Source of the DNA: Squalus acanthias
Taxonomy: Eukaryota
Assembly: GCA_030390025.1 (NCBI GenBank)
Contig: CM059432.1
Location: 7,564,001-7,628,000 of the forward strand
Direction: 5' to 3'
DNA: 64,000 nt
A program made the translations under genes and the position numbers. Position 1 is the first letter of the stretch, and each line of letters starts with the position of its first letter. The notes under the pieces are model-generated. The model was not told the origin of the DNA. It did no database searches and was given only the letters and a program-made list of their open reading frames with translations. Shown here one piece after another: positions 1 through 12,329 of the stretch.

Positions 1-281
1 TGGGTGGCGAGCCTAGAACTAGGGGTCACAGCCTCAGGATAAGGGGTTGGCCATTGAGGACTGAGATGAGGAGAAATTTCTTCACTGAGGGTTGTGAATC
101 TTTGGAATTCTCTACCCCAGAGGGTTGCGGATGCTCAGTCATTGAGTATATTCAAGGCTGAGATAGATAGATTTTTGGACTCTAGGGGAATCGAGGGATA
201 TGGGGATCGGGCGGGATGATCAGCCATGATCTTATTGAATGGCGGAGCAGGCTCGAAGGGCCGAATTGTTATGTTCTTATA
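1..281 (+). mobile_element. CR1 LINE 3' fragment
   Basis: ORF2 C-terminal RTRGHS/RRNFF-type sequence, 3'UTR GATCAGCCATGATC...GGAGCAGGCTCGA and TTATGTTC tail; cut by the window edge. Confidence 0.9.
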
Positions 282-853
282 CTTCCCCCGCCCCCCCATA
301 ATATTCAGGTCCATTGCGTTGAATAGAACTGATTTCTGGCATATTTCCTGTCTCCAAATTTCCCTTATGTTACCCTAGGTTACTCAGGACTTTCAAAGAT
401 GGGCAGAGTGGGCCTGGGTCTGAGAAGATAAAATGGCTTTATTTCAGAATTTCAGCACTCATGGTTTTTCTTCATTATAATGATATCTGTAATAACAGAA
501 TTCCACTGAGGGTCAAATATATGCAAGAATACAACAATAAGTAGCTGAGCCACTTACAGAATGTATCAGCCTTAAACATTTATGAATTTCCCTCCCCCCC
601 CTTTGGTATTGCAAATAAAAATGCTGCACCAAACTAGCTTCTCCTTTCCATGCACACTGATCCTTCAATGTGCACCAGGTAGATATGGCAGAAACCCACT
701 GGAAGGCAAAGTAATTAGTAAATATTCCAGCTTTGTCCTCGGCCGCAAGGACATCTGCGACCAACCTGTGCAGTATGCAAGGCGCAGCCAGTGGTAGTCA
801 CGGTCACCACAGCCCTCAAAACCTACGCCTCTCGCTTGCTCCAAATTTGCAAT

Positions 854-1307
854 GCTCAGTGGGTAGCACCCTCGTCTCTGAGCCAGAAGGTTGTGGGTTC
901 ACGGTCCCCACTCCAGAGACTTGAGCACATAATCCAAGCTGGCACTCCCAATACAGTGCTGAGGGAGTGCTGCACTGTCGGAGGTGCCATATTTCGGACG
1001 AGACGTTAAACCATCTGCCCTCACGGGTGGATGTAAAAGATCCCACGGCCACTATTTCAAAAAAGAGCAAGGGAGTTCTCCCCGGTGTCCTGGGCTAATA
1101 TTTATCCCGCAACCAAGATCACTAAAAACAGATTATCTGGTCATTATCACATTGCTGTTTGTGGGAGCTTGCTGAGTACGAACTGGCTCCCGCATTTCCT
1201 ACATTACAGCAGTGACTACACTTCAAAAGTACTCAATTGGCTGTAAAGCGCTTTGGGACATCCGGAGGTTGTGAAAGGCGCTCTATAAATGCAAGTCTTT
1301 TTTTTTC
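854..1307 (+). mobile_element. tRNA-derived Deu-domain SINE (SacSINE1/AmnSINE-like)
   Basis: A box GCTCAGTGGGTAGC, B-box-like GGTTCACGGTCC, Deu core GGAGTGCTGCACTGTCGGAGGTGCC...TAAAAGATCCC, tail ATAAATGCAAGTCTTTT; about 10 related copies in the window. Confidence 0.8.
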
Positions 1308-1986
1308 CATACACATTCCGGCACGGACTCGATGGCCTCCTTCTGTGCCGTTATGACTCTATGACATGGATCCTTTTCACTTAAATGTGGACCCACTGAA
1401 AGAGTAAAGTTTTTGCAATTAGCAATATTTCAGCTTAGTCATCTGCTGCAAGGCCACCGACAACCAACCTGTAAAGTAGGCAAAGCACGGCCAGTGGTAG
1501 TCGAGGTCACCGCAGCTCTCTGGCTCGTTCCAGGTTTACAATGCTGCATCGGCTACCCTGGCCTTCCCCACCCAAGGCCACTCGAGTTATCTTGAGTGGA
1601 GAACTTAGGCGTCCGTCTTCACTGCTCTCTCTCTCTCTCTCTCTATTTTACTGCTGTCAGCAAATTTGACAAGCCTGCATTTGGTTTCAGTATCCAAGTC
1701 ATAAACTGGGATCTACGCCCTGTGAGGGCTGCAGGACTCAGTTCAACACCTTCCCCAGCAATAAGGTGCAAACACGGCAACCTGGCAAAGGAGCAAAAGC
1801 TGACAGCTCCAAAGAGCTCTGAATATAGGCCAATGAAAAATGAAGACTAATTGTTCAGTGGGACATGGATTGGCCATCATGGATGCTGCAGGTATACACA
1901 ACATTGCATCGCATTTATTGCAGTGCGTAGAAGCACAGTTAGCATCAGCGACGATTAGAAATGACAGAAGGAGGCTCTGAGACACA

Positions 1987-2412
1987 GTGTCAGCTGCGGC
2001 TCAGTGGGCAGCACCCTCGCCTCTGTAATTCAGAAGGTCGTGGGTTCAAGTCCCGCTTCAGAGACTTGAGCACAAAAATCTAGGCCGACACTCCAGTGCT
2101 GTGCTGAGGGAGTGCTGCACTGTCGGAGGTGCTGTAAAAGATCCCGCGACACTATTTCAAAGAAGAGCAGGGGAGTTATCCCTGGTGTCCTGGACAATAT
2201 TTATCCCTCAATCGACGTCACTAAAAACAGATTATCTGGTCATTATCACATTGCTGTTTGTGGGAGCTTGCTGTGCGCAAATTGGCTGCCGTGTTTCCCA
2301 CATTACAGCAGTGACTACACTTCAAAAAGTACTTCATTGGCTGTAAAGCGCTTTGGGACGTCCTGTGGTTGTGAAAGGTGCCGTAGAAATGCAAGTCTTT
2401 TGTTTTCTTTTT
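1987..2412 (+). mobile_element. Deu-domain SINE copy with internal deletion
   Basis: GGCTCAGTGG...GGTTCAAGTCC head; similar to 854-1307. Confidence 0.8.
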
Positions 2413-2892
2413 TGAATGCAGAAGGCGTGTGAATTATTATTTTCTATGGGGCCAAGCATGCCTCCAAAACTTTTTGACTTCTAACACCTTGGGGATGGTG
2501 GCGGGGGGTGGGGGGGTGGGGGGGGGGGTCAGGTTGGGGGTGGGCAGAAATTCTCCTGATTTTTGCATTCAAGGAATGCCTATTCTCTGGGTGCAAAGTT
2601 CAGGAATAGGTGGGCAGACACCTATTGTGCCAGGGCCCTGCCATCCTGACGTTAACCCAGGCTTTTAAGGACTTTGGGTGAGGGTCAGAGTGGGCTTGAG
2701 TCTCCAATAAGCACAGCCTCAGAGCTGCTGTGATAATGAGGCAGGAGGGGACATTTCAAGGATCGCCCATTTCCAGGGTTTCCCCAAGAAGGTTGTGGTG
2801 GACCTTGTGTCTGGAACTCCCTCTCAGAAACCAACAGCTCATTTAAAATGTTTCCGTCTTAAGTTTGTAGGCCACAAACAACGGAACAAAAT

Positions 2893-3302
2893 CTTCTTCT
2901 TAGGCAGTCCCTCGGGAACCGAGGATGACTTGCTTCCACACTAAAAAATGAGTTCTCAGGTGACTGATGAGTCCAATGCGGGACCTACAGTCTCTGTCAC
3001 AGGTGGGGCAGACGGTGGTTGAAGGGGCGGGTGGGTGGGGTGCTTGGGTTGACGTGCGCTCCTTGCGCTGCCTGCGCTTGGCTTCCGCTTGCTCCCGGCG
3101 AAGAGACTCGAGGTGTTCGGCGCCTTCCCGGATGCTACTCCTCCACTTTGTGCAGTCTTGGGCCAGGGATTCCCAGGTGTCGGTGGGGATGTTGCACTTT
3201 TTCAAGGAGGCTTTGAGGGTGTTCCTTGAAGCGTTTCCTCTGCCCACCTGGGCTCTCTTGCCGTGCCGGAGCTCCAAGTAGAGCGCTTGTTTTGGGAGTC
3301 TC
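2893..3302 (-). mobile_element. RTE-clade LINE 3' fragment
   Basis: RLPKQALY.EL..GKR...CPTCDRDCRSRIGLISHLRTH C-terminus and (GAA)n tail; same family as 14020-14728. Confidence 0.85.
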
Positions 3303-3512
3303 AAAGTTACAAAGTCTCAAATGTTACAAAGTAACATGTGGTTGGTTTCAGTTCCGTCTTCCAAGCTGTCTGATTGTGTCCCACCTTCCAGATACATGGG
3401 TTAAACAGCTGATGATCGACAGCTTTGAAGCTGGTCAATTACTACAAGCAAATAAACACGTAATACTCTTGTACCAGTAACCTGACGTTGCATCACTTCA
3501 TTGGCTCACACT

Positions 3513-3959
3513 TAGAAAGGTTGAGCAGGTTGGGCCGATACTCATTGGAGTTTAGAAGAATGAGAGGATCTTATTGTAACGTATAAGATTCTGAGGGGGC
3601 TTGACAGGGTAGATGCAGGGAGGATGTTTCCCCTCGTGGGGGAACCTAGAACCAGGGGTCATAGTTTCAGAATAAGGGGTCACCCTTTTAAAACGGAGAT
3701 GAGGAGGAATTTCTTCTCTCAGAGGGTCGTGAATCTTTGGATTTCTCTTCCCCAGAGAGCTGTGGAGGCTGGGTCATTGAATATATTCAAGGTGGAGACA
3801 GACAGATTTTTGAACGATAAGGGAGTCAAGGGTTATGGGGAGCAGGCAGGGAAGTGGAGTTGAGGCCGAGACCAGATCAGCCATGATCTCATTGAATGGC
3901 GGTGCAGGCTCGAGGGGCCAAATGGCCTACTCCTGCTCCTATTTTTTATGTTCTTATAG
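3513..3959 (+). mobile_element. CR1 LINE 3' fragment
   Basis: ORF 3624-3863 RTRGHSFRIRG...RRNFFSQRVVNLW followed by 3'UTR. Confidence 0.9.
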
Positions 3960-6726
3960 AAACATAGAAACATAGAAGATAGGAGCAGGAGTAGGCCATT
4001 CGGCCCCTCGAGCCTGCTCCGCCATTCAATGAGATCATGGCTGATCATCCAAATTCAGTTCCCTGTCCCTGCCTTCTCCCCATATCCCTTGATCCCTTTA
4101 ACTTTAAGAAATATATCTAACTCCTTCTTGAATATATTTAATGAATTGGCCTCCACTGCATTCTGTGGTAGAGAATTCCACAGGTTCACCACTCTCTGGG
4201 TGAAGAAATTCCTCCTCATCTCTGTCCTAAATGGCTTACCCCTTATACTTAGACTGTGACCCCTGGTTCTGGATTCCCCGACTATCGGGAACATCCTTCC
4301 TGCATCTAGTCTGACTAGTCATGTTAGAATTTTATAAGTTTCAATGAGATCCCCTCTCATTCTTCTAAACTCCAGCGAGTATAAGCCCAATCGACCCAAT
4401 CTCTCCTCATACGTCATTCCTGCCATCCCAGGTATCAGCCTGGTGAATCTTCGCTGCACTCCCTCCATGGCAAGAACATCCTTCCTCAGATAAGGCGACC
4501 AAAACTGCACACAATACTCAAGGTGTGGTCTCACCAAGGCCCTGTACAACTGCACCAAGACATCCTTGTTCCTGTATTCGAACCCTCTCGCTACGAAGGC
4601 CAACATACCATTTGCCTTCTTAACCGCCTGCTGCACCTGCATGCTTACCTTCAGCGACTGGTGCACAAGGACACCCAGGTCTCGTTGCACTTCCCCTTCT
4701 CCCAATCTATTGCCATTCAGATAATAATCTGCCTTTCCGTTTTTGACACCAAAGTGGATAACCTCGCATTTATCCACGTTATATTGCATCTGCCATGCTT
4801 CTGCCCAATCACCCAACCTGTCCAAATCATACTGGAGTTTTACGGCATCCTCCTCACAGCACACACGCCCACCCAGCTTTGTGTCATCTGCAAACTTGGA
4901 GATATTACATCTAGTTCCCTTGTCTAGATCATTAATATATATTGTGAAAAGCTGGGGTCCTCGGAAGATCCCTGCGGTACCCCACTAGTCACTGCCTGCC
5001 ACTCGGAAAAAGACCCGTTTATTCCAACTCTTTGCCTTCTATCTGCCAACCAGTTCTCTATCCAAGTCAATACCTTGCCCCCAATCCCATGTGCCTTAAC
5101 TTTACACGCTAATCTCTTATGCGGGACCTTATCGAAAGCCTTCTGAAAGTCCAAATACACCACATCCACTGGTTCTCCCTTATCTATTTTACCAGTTAAA
5201 TCTTCAAAAGATTCCAGTAGATTAGTCAAGCATGATTTACCTTTTATAAATCCATGTTGACTTTGTCCAATCCTGTCACTGTTTTCCAAGTGCTCTGCTA
5301 TTACACCTTTTATAATGGACTCCAGCATTTTCCCCACTACCGATGTCAGGCTTATCGGTCTATAATTCCCCGTTTTCTCTCTACCACCTTTTTTGAATAA
5401 TGGGTAACATTAGCTACCCTCCAATCCATGGGTACTGTTCCAGAATCTATCGAATTTTGGTAGATGACCAGCAATGCATCTACTATTTCTAGGGCCACTT
5501 CCTTAAGTACACTAGGATGTAGATTATCAGGCCCTGGGGATTTATCGGCCTTCAGTCCCGTCAATTTCGCTAACACCATTTCCCTACAAATACTGATTTC
5601 TTTCAGTTCCTCCCTCTCATTAGATCCTAAGTTCCCTGACATCTCTGGGAGGTTATTTATGTCCTCCTTTGTGAAGACAGAACCAAAGTATGTATTTAAT
5701 TGGTCTGCCATTTCTTTGTTCCCCATTATAAATTTCCCTGATTCTGACTGCAAGGGACCTACATTTTACTTCACCAATCTTTTTCTCTTCACATATCTAT
5801 AAAAGCTTTTACAGTCAGTTTTTATGTTCCCTGCAAGTTTACTCTCATACACTATTTTCCCCCTGTTAATTAATCCCTTTGTCCTCCTTTGCTGAATCCT
5901 AAACTGCTCCCAATCCTCAGGTTTACTGCTTTTTCTGGCCAATTTATATGTTCTCTCCTTGGATCTTATGCTATTCCTAATTTCCCTTGTTAGCCACGGT
6001 TGAGTCACGTTTTTTGTTTTATTTTTATGCCAAACTGGGATGAACAAATTCTGCAGTTCATCCATGCGATCTTTGAATGTTTGCCATTGCCTATCCACCA
6101 TCAGCCCTTTGAGTAACATTCCCCAATCAATCCTACCCAACTCGTGCCTCATATCATCGTAGTTTCCTTTATTTAAATTCAGGACCCTAGTCTCCGAGTC
6201 AACTACTTCACTCTCCATTTTAATGAAGAATTCTATCATATTATGATCGCTCCGACCCAAGGGGCCTCGTACAACAAGATTGCTAATTAATCCTTTCTCA
6301 TTACATACTACCCAGTCTAAGATGGCCTGATCTCTAGTTGGTTCCTCGACATATTGGTCCAGGAAACCATCCCGTATACACTCCAGGAATTCCTCCTCCA
6401 CAGTACTGATACTAATTTGGTTAGCCCAATCTATATGTAAATTAAAGTCACCCATGATAACTGCTGTGCCATTATTGCACGCTGCTCTAATTTCCCTTTT
6501 AATGCCATCCCCAACCTCCGCATTACTGTTTGGGGGTCTGTATACCACTCCCACTAACGTTTTCAGCCCCTTGGTATTTCTCAGTTCTACCCATACAGAT
6601 TCCACATCATCAGAGCTAATATCCTTCCTTACAATTGTGTTAATCCCCTCTTTAACCAGCAATGCTACCCCACCTCCTTTTCCTTTTTGCCTATCTTTCC
6701 TGAATATTGAATACCCCTGGATGTTG

Positions 6727-7158
6727 GGCAACACGGTGGCATAGTGGTTAGCACTGGTGCCTCACAGCGCCAGAGACCCGGGTTCGAATCTGACCTCGGG
6801 TGACTGTCTGTGTGGAATTTGCACATTCTCCCCGTGTCTGCGTGGGTTTCGTCCGGGTGCTCCGGTTTCCTCCCACAGTCCAAAAATGTGTGGGTTAGGT
6901 TGATTTGGCTATGATAAATTGACCCTTAGTGTTAGGGGGGATTAAATATGTGGGGTTATGGGGATAGGATGGGATATGTTAGGGGGAATTAAATACATGG
7001 GGTTATGGGGGTAGGGTGGGATATGAGTACTGTGGGGATTAAAGCAGGGACAGGGTACTGGATTTGGATGATCAGCCATGATCGTATTGAATGGCGGAGC
7101 AGGCTCGACGGGCCGAATGGCCTACTCCTGCTCCTAGATTCTATGTTTCTATGTTTCT
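6727..7158 (+). mobile_element. HE1-like V-SINE (tRNA head, V domain, CR1-derived tail)
   Basis: TGGCATAGTGG A box, GGTTCGAATC B box, V domain TTTGCACATTCTCCCCGTGTCTGCGTGGG...TTTCCTCCCACAGTCC; TSD ATGTTG; empty site seen in the paralogous CR1 near 63499. Confidence 0.9.
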
Positions 7159-7370
7159 ATGTTGAGTTCCCAACCTTGGTCACCCTGGAGCCATGTTTCC
7201 TTAATCCCAATCATATCATATTCGTTTACCTCTATTTGTGCAGCTAATTCATCCACCTTATTACGAATGCTCCTCGCATTAAGACACAAAGCCTTCAGGC
7301 TTGTTTTTTTATTGCTCTTAGACCTTTTAGAATTATTATTTACTGTGGTCATGTTTGATTTACACCCTTG

Positions 7371-8261
7371 GGGGGAGAAATTCAGTTTCGCCCCATTTGG
7401 GGCGCAATTATCGGCCGGACGCAAAGATTAGCGCCTGGCGCTAATTATCGCCACCGACTGCAAACTTGTCTTTTATCGCCCCTGGAGGTGATTGGAGTGC
7501 TAAATCAGGCTCTTCACACCTGTCTTAAGGCGCAAAGGCCGAGGAGCGAGGCGCTACCTCAGAGTGCTGGCGAAGCTCATGTGATGTCAGTCAGCAATGG
7601 AACACACACACAATGGCGCGGGCCAGTTCTTAAAGGGGAGGGTTGATCTTGCTTTCCATCCACATCCTGCTCATTGCAGCCTTGATTCTCGGCCTGGTGA
7701 GACCTGAACATCAAATCTGCTGGAAAGAACAATGGAGAGTACCAGGGAAAGATCTCAGAGTGCAGCCCCCACAGTCTCTTCTAAATCGATACAAGAAAGG
7801 GCAAATCAAAATGAACCTGCAAAGTGCTGCTCAGTACCCAAAACTCCTTCACACAGCGTTGAATCTCTCCAGAAGTCTCTCTCTCTCTCTCAGAATGCGT
7901 GGTTCAAAAATGTCACCAACAATAAAAGGCAGGAAGCGGTCACCTTTAAATAGCGCTCCCCCAGTCCCTTCCTGACTGCAAAACGCTCCCCTCAACCTGT
8001 CGTTGCTAGCGGCAGGCGGTAAGGCAGGGGGTGCCACTCAATATCCGCTCCGGGGCGATACTGGGGCGTTGTGCACTCGACTGACGTCACGATCTGTCGG
8101 CGCAGGAGATCGTGGCGGTAGTGTTTAGCGCCGCCGCAAAATGTCTAGTTAATTTCACGAGCGGCGCCAGCATCGCCGTGCCCGGGCGCTAGATGCTTTG
8201 CGCCCCATTAGCGCCCTCTTAAGGCGCTAACGGGAGGTGCAACCAACTGAATTTTTCCCCC
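7371..8261 (+). mobile_element. Harbinger MITE (family of 42628-46785)
   Basis: 16-bp TIR GGGGGARAAATTCAGT, 3-bp TSD TTG; empty site CCCTTGATTTC in the paralogous CR1 near 63705. Confidence 0.92.
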
Positions 8262-8977
8262 TTGATTTCTCTGACTGCCACCTTTTTTTTCTCCTTCCTG
8301 TCTTTTGCTTCTATCCTTGTTTCCCTTTTCTCTGTCTCCCTGCTCAGGTTCCCAACCCCCTGCCATTTTAGTTTAAATCCTCCCCCAGAGCACTAGCAAA
8401 CACTCCACCTAGGACATCGGTCCCGGTCCTGCTCAGGTGCAAACCGTCCGGTTTGTACTGGTCCCACCTCCCCCAGAACCGGTTCCAATGTCCCAGGAAT
8501 TTGAATCCCTCCCCCTTGCACCATTCCTCTAGCCACGTATTCATCTGAAATATCCTTCTATTTCTACTCTGACTAGCACGTGGCACTGGTAACAATCCTG
8601 AGATTACTACCTTTGAGGTCCTATTTTTTAATTTACCTCCTAACTCCCTATATGTTCTTATAGTACCATTATTGTGTTATTGCCAAGCCTAACATTCACA
8701 TTAAAATGAATGCCAAGATCACTGAGTTCACTGTAGAGTAGGTTTGCCTGCTGGAGAGTAATAAGGAAATGTATTGCTGCTGCATTAGGAAAGACTTGAA
8801 AGAAAGACTTGCCTTTCTGTAGCACCTTTCACGACCTCAGGATGTCCCAAAGTGCTTTACAGCCAATGAAGTACTTTTTCCAGTGTAGTCACTGCTGTAA
8901 TGTAAGAAATTTATAAGTGTTTAAACTATTGTTATCGATTAAAATGAGGGTCTCACCCTCTCTCTGCAGCAAGTATT

Positions 8978-9455
8978 GTGGAGTATTGTGATCAATTCTG
9001 GGCACCATACTTTAGTAAGGTCTTGGAGAGGGTTCAAAAGAGATTTACGAGAATGGTACCGGGGATGAGGGATTTCAGCAATGTGGAGAGACTGGAGAAG
9101 CTGGGGTTGCTCTCCTTAGAGCAGAAAAGATTGAGAGATTTGATGGAGGTGTTCAAAATCATGAAGCGTAAATAAGGAAAAACTGTTCCCAGTGGCAGAC
9201 AGGTCGGTAACCAAGGCCACAGATTTAACGTGACGGGCAAAAGAACCAGAGGCGACATGAGGAAACACTTATTTACACAGCGAGTTATTGTGGTCTGGAA
9301 TGCGCTGCCTGAAAGGGCGGTGGAAGCAGATTCAATAGGAACTTTCAAAAGAGAAATTGGAGAAATACTTGAAGGGAAAATATTTACAGAGCCATGGGGG
9401 AAAGAGCAGGGGGGAGAGGGACTAATTGGATCGCTCTACCAAAAAGCCGGCACAG
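8978..9455 (+). mobile_element. CR1 3' fragment (degraded)
   Basis: EYCDQFWAPY, LERVQKRFTRM, FTQRVIVVWNALP. Confidence 0.85.
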
Positions 9456-9825
9456 TGCTGTCTCATGATGCTAAGTGCATGCTCTTGAAACTCAGGAAGG
9501 TTGCAGGCAAGTCTGAAAGAGAGCAAGTCAGCAGGACTGTCAGTCAGCAGCGTGAGTTTTCACCTTGTGCCATGCATGGGGCTGTCAACAAGGACTAGAC
9601 TCATGGAAAGGTAGCTGGGCGACTGCCAGGGTATTTTAAGACAATTCACTGCCTCCCTCAAGACCTCAAAATGATAACAGAATCTCGTAACTAAAAAAAA
9701 CAGAAATTGCTGGATAGGCACAGCATGGTGTGCTCGGCACCTGAAAAGATAGAAAAGACAAGTTAACGTCTTGGGATGGACCTTTAACCAGAACTGGAAC
9801 CCAGAACATAATCGTCCTGAAAGAA

Positions 9826-10292
9826 AAGATAGAAAGACTTGCATTTCTATAGTAGCGTCTTTCACGACCTCAGGATGCCCCAAAGCGCTTTCCAGCCAAT
9901 GAAGTACATTTGCAGTGTAGTCACTGTTGTAATGTAGCAGTCAATTTGTGCACAGCAAGCTCCCACAAACAGCAATGTGATAATGACCAGATAATCTGTT
10001 TTTTTGTTATGTTGATTGAGGGATAAATATTGGCCCCAGGACACCGGGGAGAACTCTCCTGCTCTTCTTCGAAATAGTGCCGTGGGATCTTTCACGTCCA
10101 CCTGAGAGAGCAGACGGGGCCTCGGTTTAACGTCTCATCAGAAAATCAGCACCTCGACAGTGCAGCACTCCCTCAGAGCACTGCACTGGAGTATCAGCCT
10201 AGATTTTGTGCTCAAGTCTCTGGAGTGGGACTTGAGCCCAGAACTTTATGACTCAGATGCGCAGGTGCTATCCATTAGGCCACGGCTGACAC
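9826..10292 (-). mobile_element. Deu-domain SINE
   Basis: Reverse complement of the 854-1307 family. Confidence 0.8.
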
Positions 10293-10487
10293 GGCCTGAA
10301 GAAAATGAGAGGAGAGAAGAATAAGGAAAAACAAAATCAGGATTGCTTTTGCCTGTTGTCCTTCCCCTCCCTCCTTAGTTGCTCTTCCCTATTAAAGGCA
10401 TGAATAATCTTCTGGTTTTCCGTTCAGATAATGATGGATATCCTGTTATTTTCATTTTCTGTTTTTATTTCAGATTTCCAACATTTG

Positions 10488-11331
10488 GGGGGAGAAATTG
10501 GGTATCGCCCATTTCGGGGCGCTAATATCGGCCGGGTGCAAAGTTTAGCACCCGGTGCTAATTATCGTCTCCGACTGCAAAATTCGCCTCCATCGCCCCC
10601 TGGAGGTGATTTGAGCGTTAAATCAGGCGCTACACACCTCTCTTAAGGCGCTAACGTCGGGAGCGAGGCTCTACCTCAGAACGCTACCGAAGCTCAGGCG
10701 ATGCCAGTTACCATGGTAGCCAGAGAGACTGGCGCCGTCCAGTTCTTAAAGGGGAGGGGCCATCTTGCTGGCCAGCCACTCCCTGCTCATTGCAGCCTTG
10801 AATCTCGGCCTGGAGAGACCTCTAAAGCAATTGTGTTGGAAGCCCTAATGGATAGGCCCAGGGAAAGAGCTCGGCGCTTAGGAACCTCAAAAGTGGTGCT
10901 GAGGACCAAAACTCCTTAGGAGAGCGTTAAATCTCTCCAGACGTCTCTCTCCCTCTCAACCTGCATGTACCTAAAAATTTTGCCGACAAGAAAAGCAGGA
11001 AGCGGCACGTCTTTAAATAGCGCTCCCCCAGCCCCTTCCCGACTTGAAAACGTTCCCCTCTACCTGTCGTTCCTAGCGTCAGGCGCTAAGGCAGGGGGCG
11101 CGACTCAATTTCCGGTCCGGGGCGCTACCGGGGGAGTTGCACGCTTGCATGACATCACGATCTGCGGACGCAGGAGATCGTGGCGGTAGTGTTTAGTGCC
11201 AGCGCAAAACGACAGGTCAGTTTCGTGAGCGGCGCTAAAGCCGCCGCGCTCGGGCGCTAAGTTGCTAGCGCCCCGTTAGCGCCCCTCGGGAGGCGCTAAT
11301 GGGAGGCGCTAACCAACCGAATTTTTCCCGC
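10488..11331 (+). mobile_element. Harbinger MITE (related subfamily, different internal junction)
   Basis: TIRs GGGGGAGAAATTGGGT / ACCGAATTTTTCCCGC, TSD TTG, colinear with the ends of 42628-46785. Confidence 0.9.
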
Positions 11332-11419
11332 TTGTAGTTTTGTTTTGGTCCAAGGTGCCCTATGCTTGGCGGAACATCTGATGCTTGTTTGCAAGGTAAG
11401 TTTTTCAACAAGTTGTGAA

Positions 11420-11750
11420 GTTGAGCTCCATAAACCTGGTAACTTGTGGTCTGGCATCAGATAAAGAATGACCACGAAAGCTGCTGGATTGTTGTTAAAA
11501 AAACCCCCCACATAAACGATTCAATAACGTCCTGCAAGGGTGGGAATCTGCCACCCTTAACCAAGCTGGCCTATGGGTGACTCTTTAATGCCTTTTGATG
11601 TGGCCTAAGAATCCACTCGGGTGGAAAAACAGTCGCTACAAACCAGTGGTTCAATGAAAAGGCCCCCCACTACCTCAGGGCAACTAGGGATGGGCAATAA
11701 ATACCGGCCTTGCCAACATTTCCCACAGTCCCGAGAACAGATTAAAAAAA
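11420..11750 (+). mobile_element. Degraded LF-SINE-like element
   Basis: 3' end AGGGCAACTAGGGATGGGCAATAAA...CCTTGCCA shared with the LINE at 57098-57956; body resembles the reverse complement of 12700-12850. Confidence 0.55.
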
Positions 11751-11814
11751 TAAGTACCCCAATGGACTGAATTGAGACATCGAGCTGACACTACTTAAAA
11801 TGGCTCCTGTAAGG

Positions 11815-12270
11815 CAGAAAGAAAGACTTTCACGACCACTGGACATCTCAAAGCACTTTACAGCCAATGAAGTACTTTTTAAAGTGTAGTCACTGTTGTA
11901 ACGTGGGAAACACGACAGCCAATTAGCGCACAGCAAGCTCCCACAAACAGCAATGTGACAATGACCAGATAATCTGTTTTTGTTATGTCGGTTGCGGAAT
12001 TAATATTGGCCCCAGGACACTGGGGATAACTCCCCTGCTCTTCTTCGAAATAGTGCCGTGGGATCTTTTCGTCCACCTGAGAGGGCAGATGAGGCTTTGG
12101 TTTAATGTCTCATCCGAAAGACGGCACCTCCGACAGTGCAGCACTCCCTCAGTACTGCACTGGAGTGTCTGCCTAGATTTTGGTGCTCAAGTCTTTGGAG
12201 TGCGATTTGAACCCGCAAACCTTCTGACTCAGAGGAGAGTGTGCTACCCACTGAGTCACAGCTGACACTG
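11815..12270 (-). mobile_element. Deu-domain SINE
   Basis: Full-length reverse copy ending in CCACTGAGTCACAGCTGACAC. Confidence 0.8.
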
Positions 12271-12329
12271 AAAGTCTATTAGCTCCACAGTCATATATTT
12301 TCGTATCTTCTTGCCACTGTGTAACTATG

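Larger units (their letters stand above)
3960..8650 (-). mobile_element. Long 5'-truncated CR1 LINE (ORF1 esterase end plus ORF2 APE endonuclease/RT, frameshifted), interrupted by a SINE and a MITE
   Basis: EN motifs LNARSIRNK, GDFN, SDH; RT motifs YLDFQKAFDKVPH, GVPQGS, FADD; ORF1 DGLHL at 8368-8595; (ATAGAAAC)n tail; TSD TATGTTCTTATAG at 3947-3959 and 8651-8663. Confidence 0.95.

Noticed and set aside
2491..2545. G-rich tract, possible G-quadruplex
   Set aside because: Low-complexity run, probably within a degraded repeat; no evidence of function
6727..6800. tRNA gene
   Set aside because: tRNA-derived SINE head, continuous with the V domain
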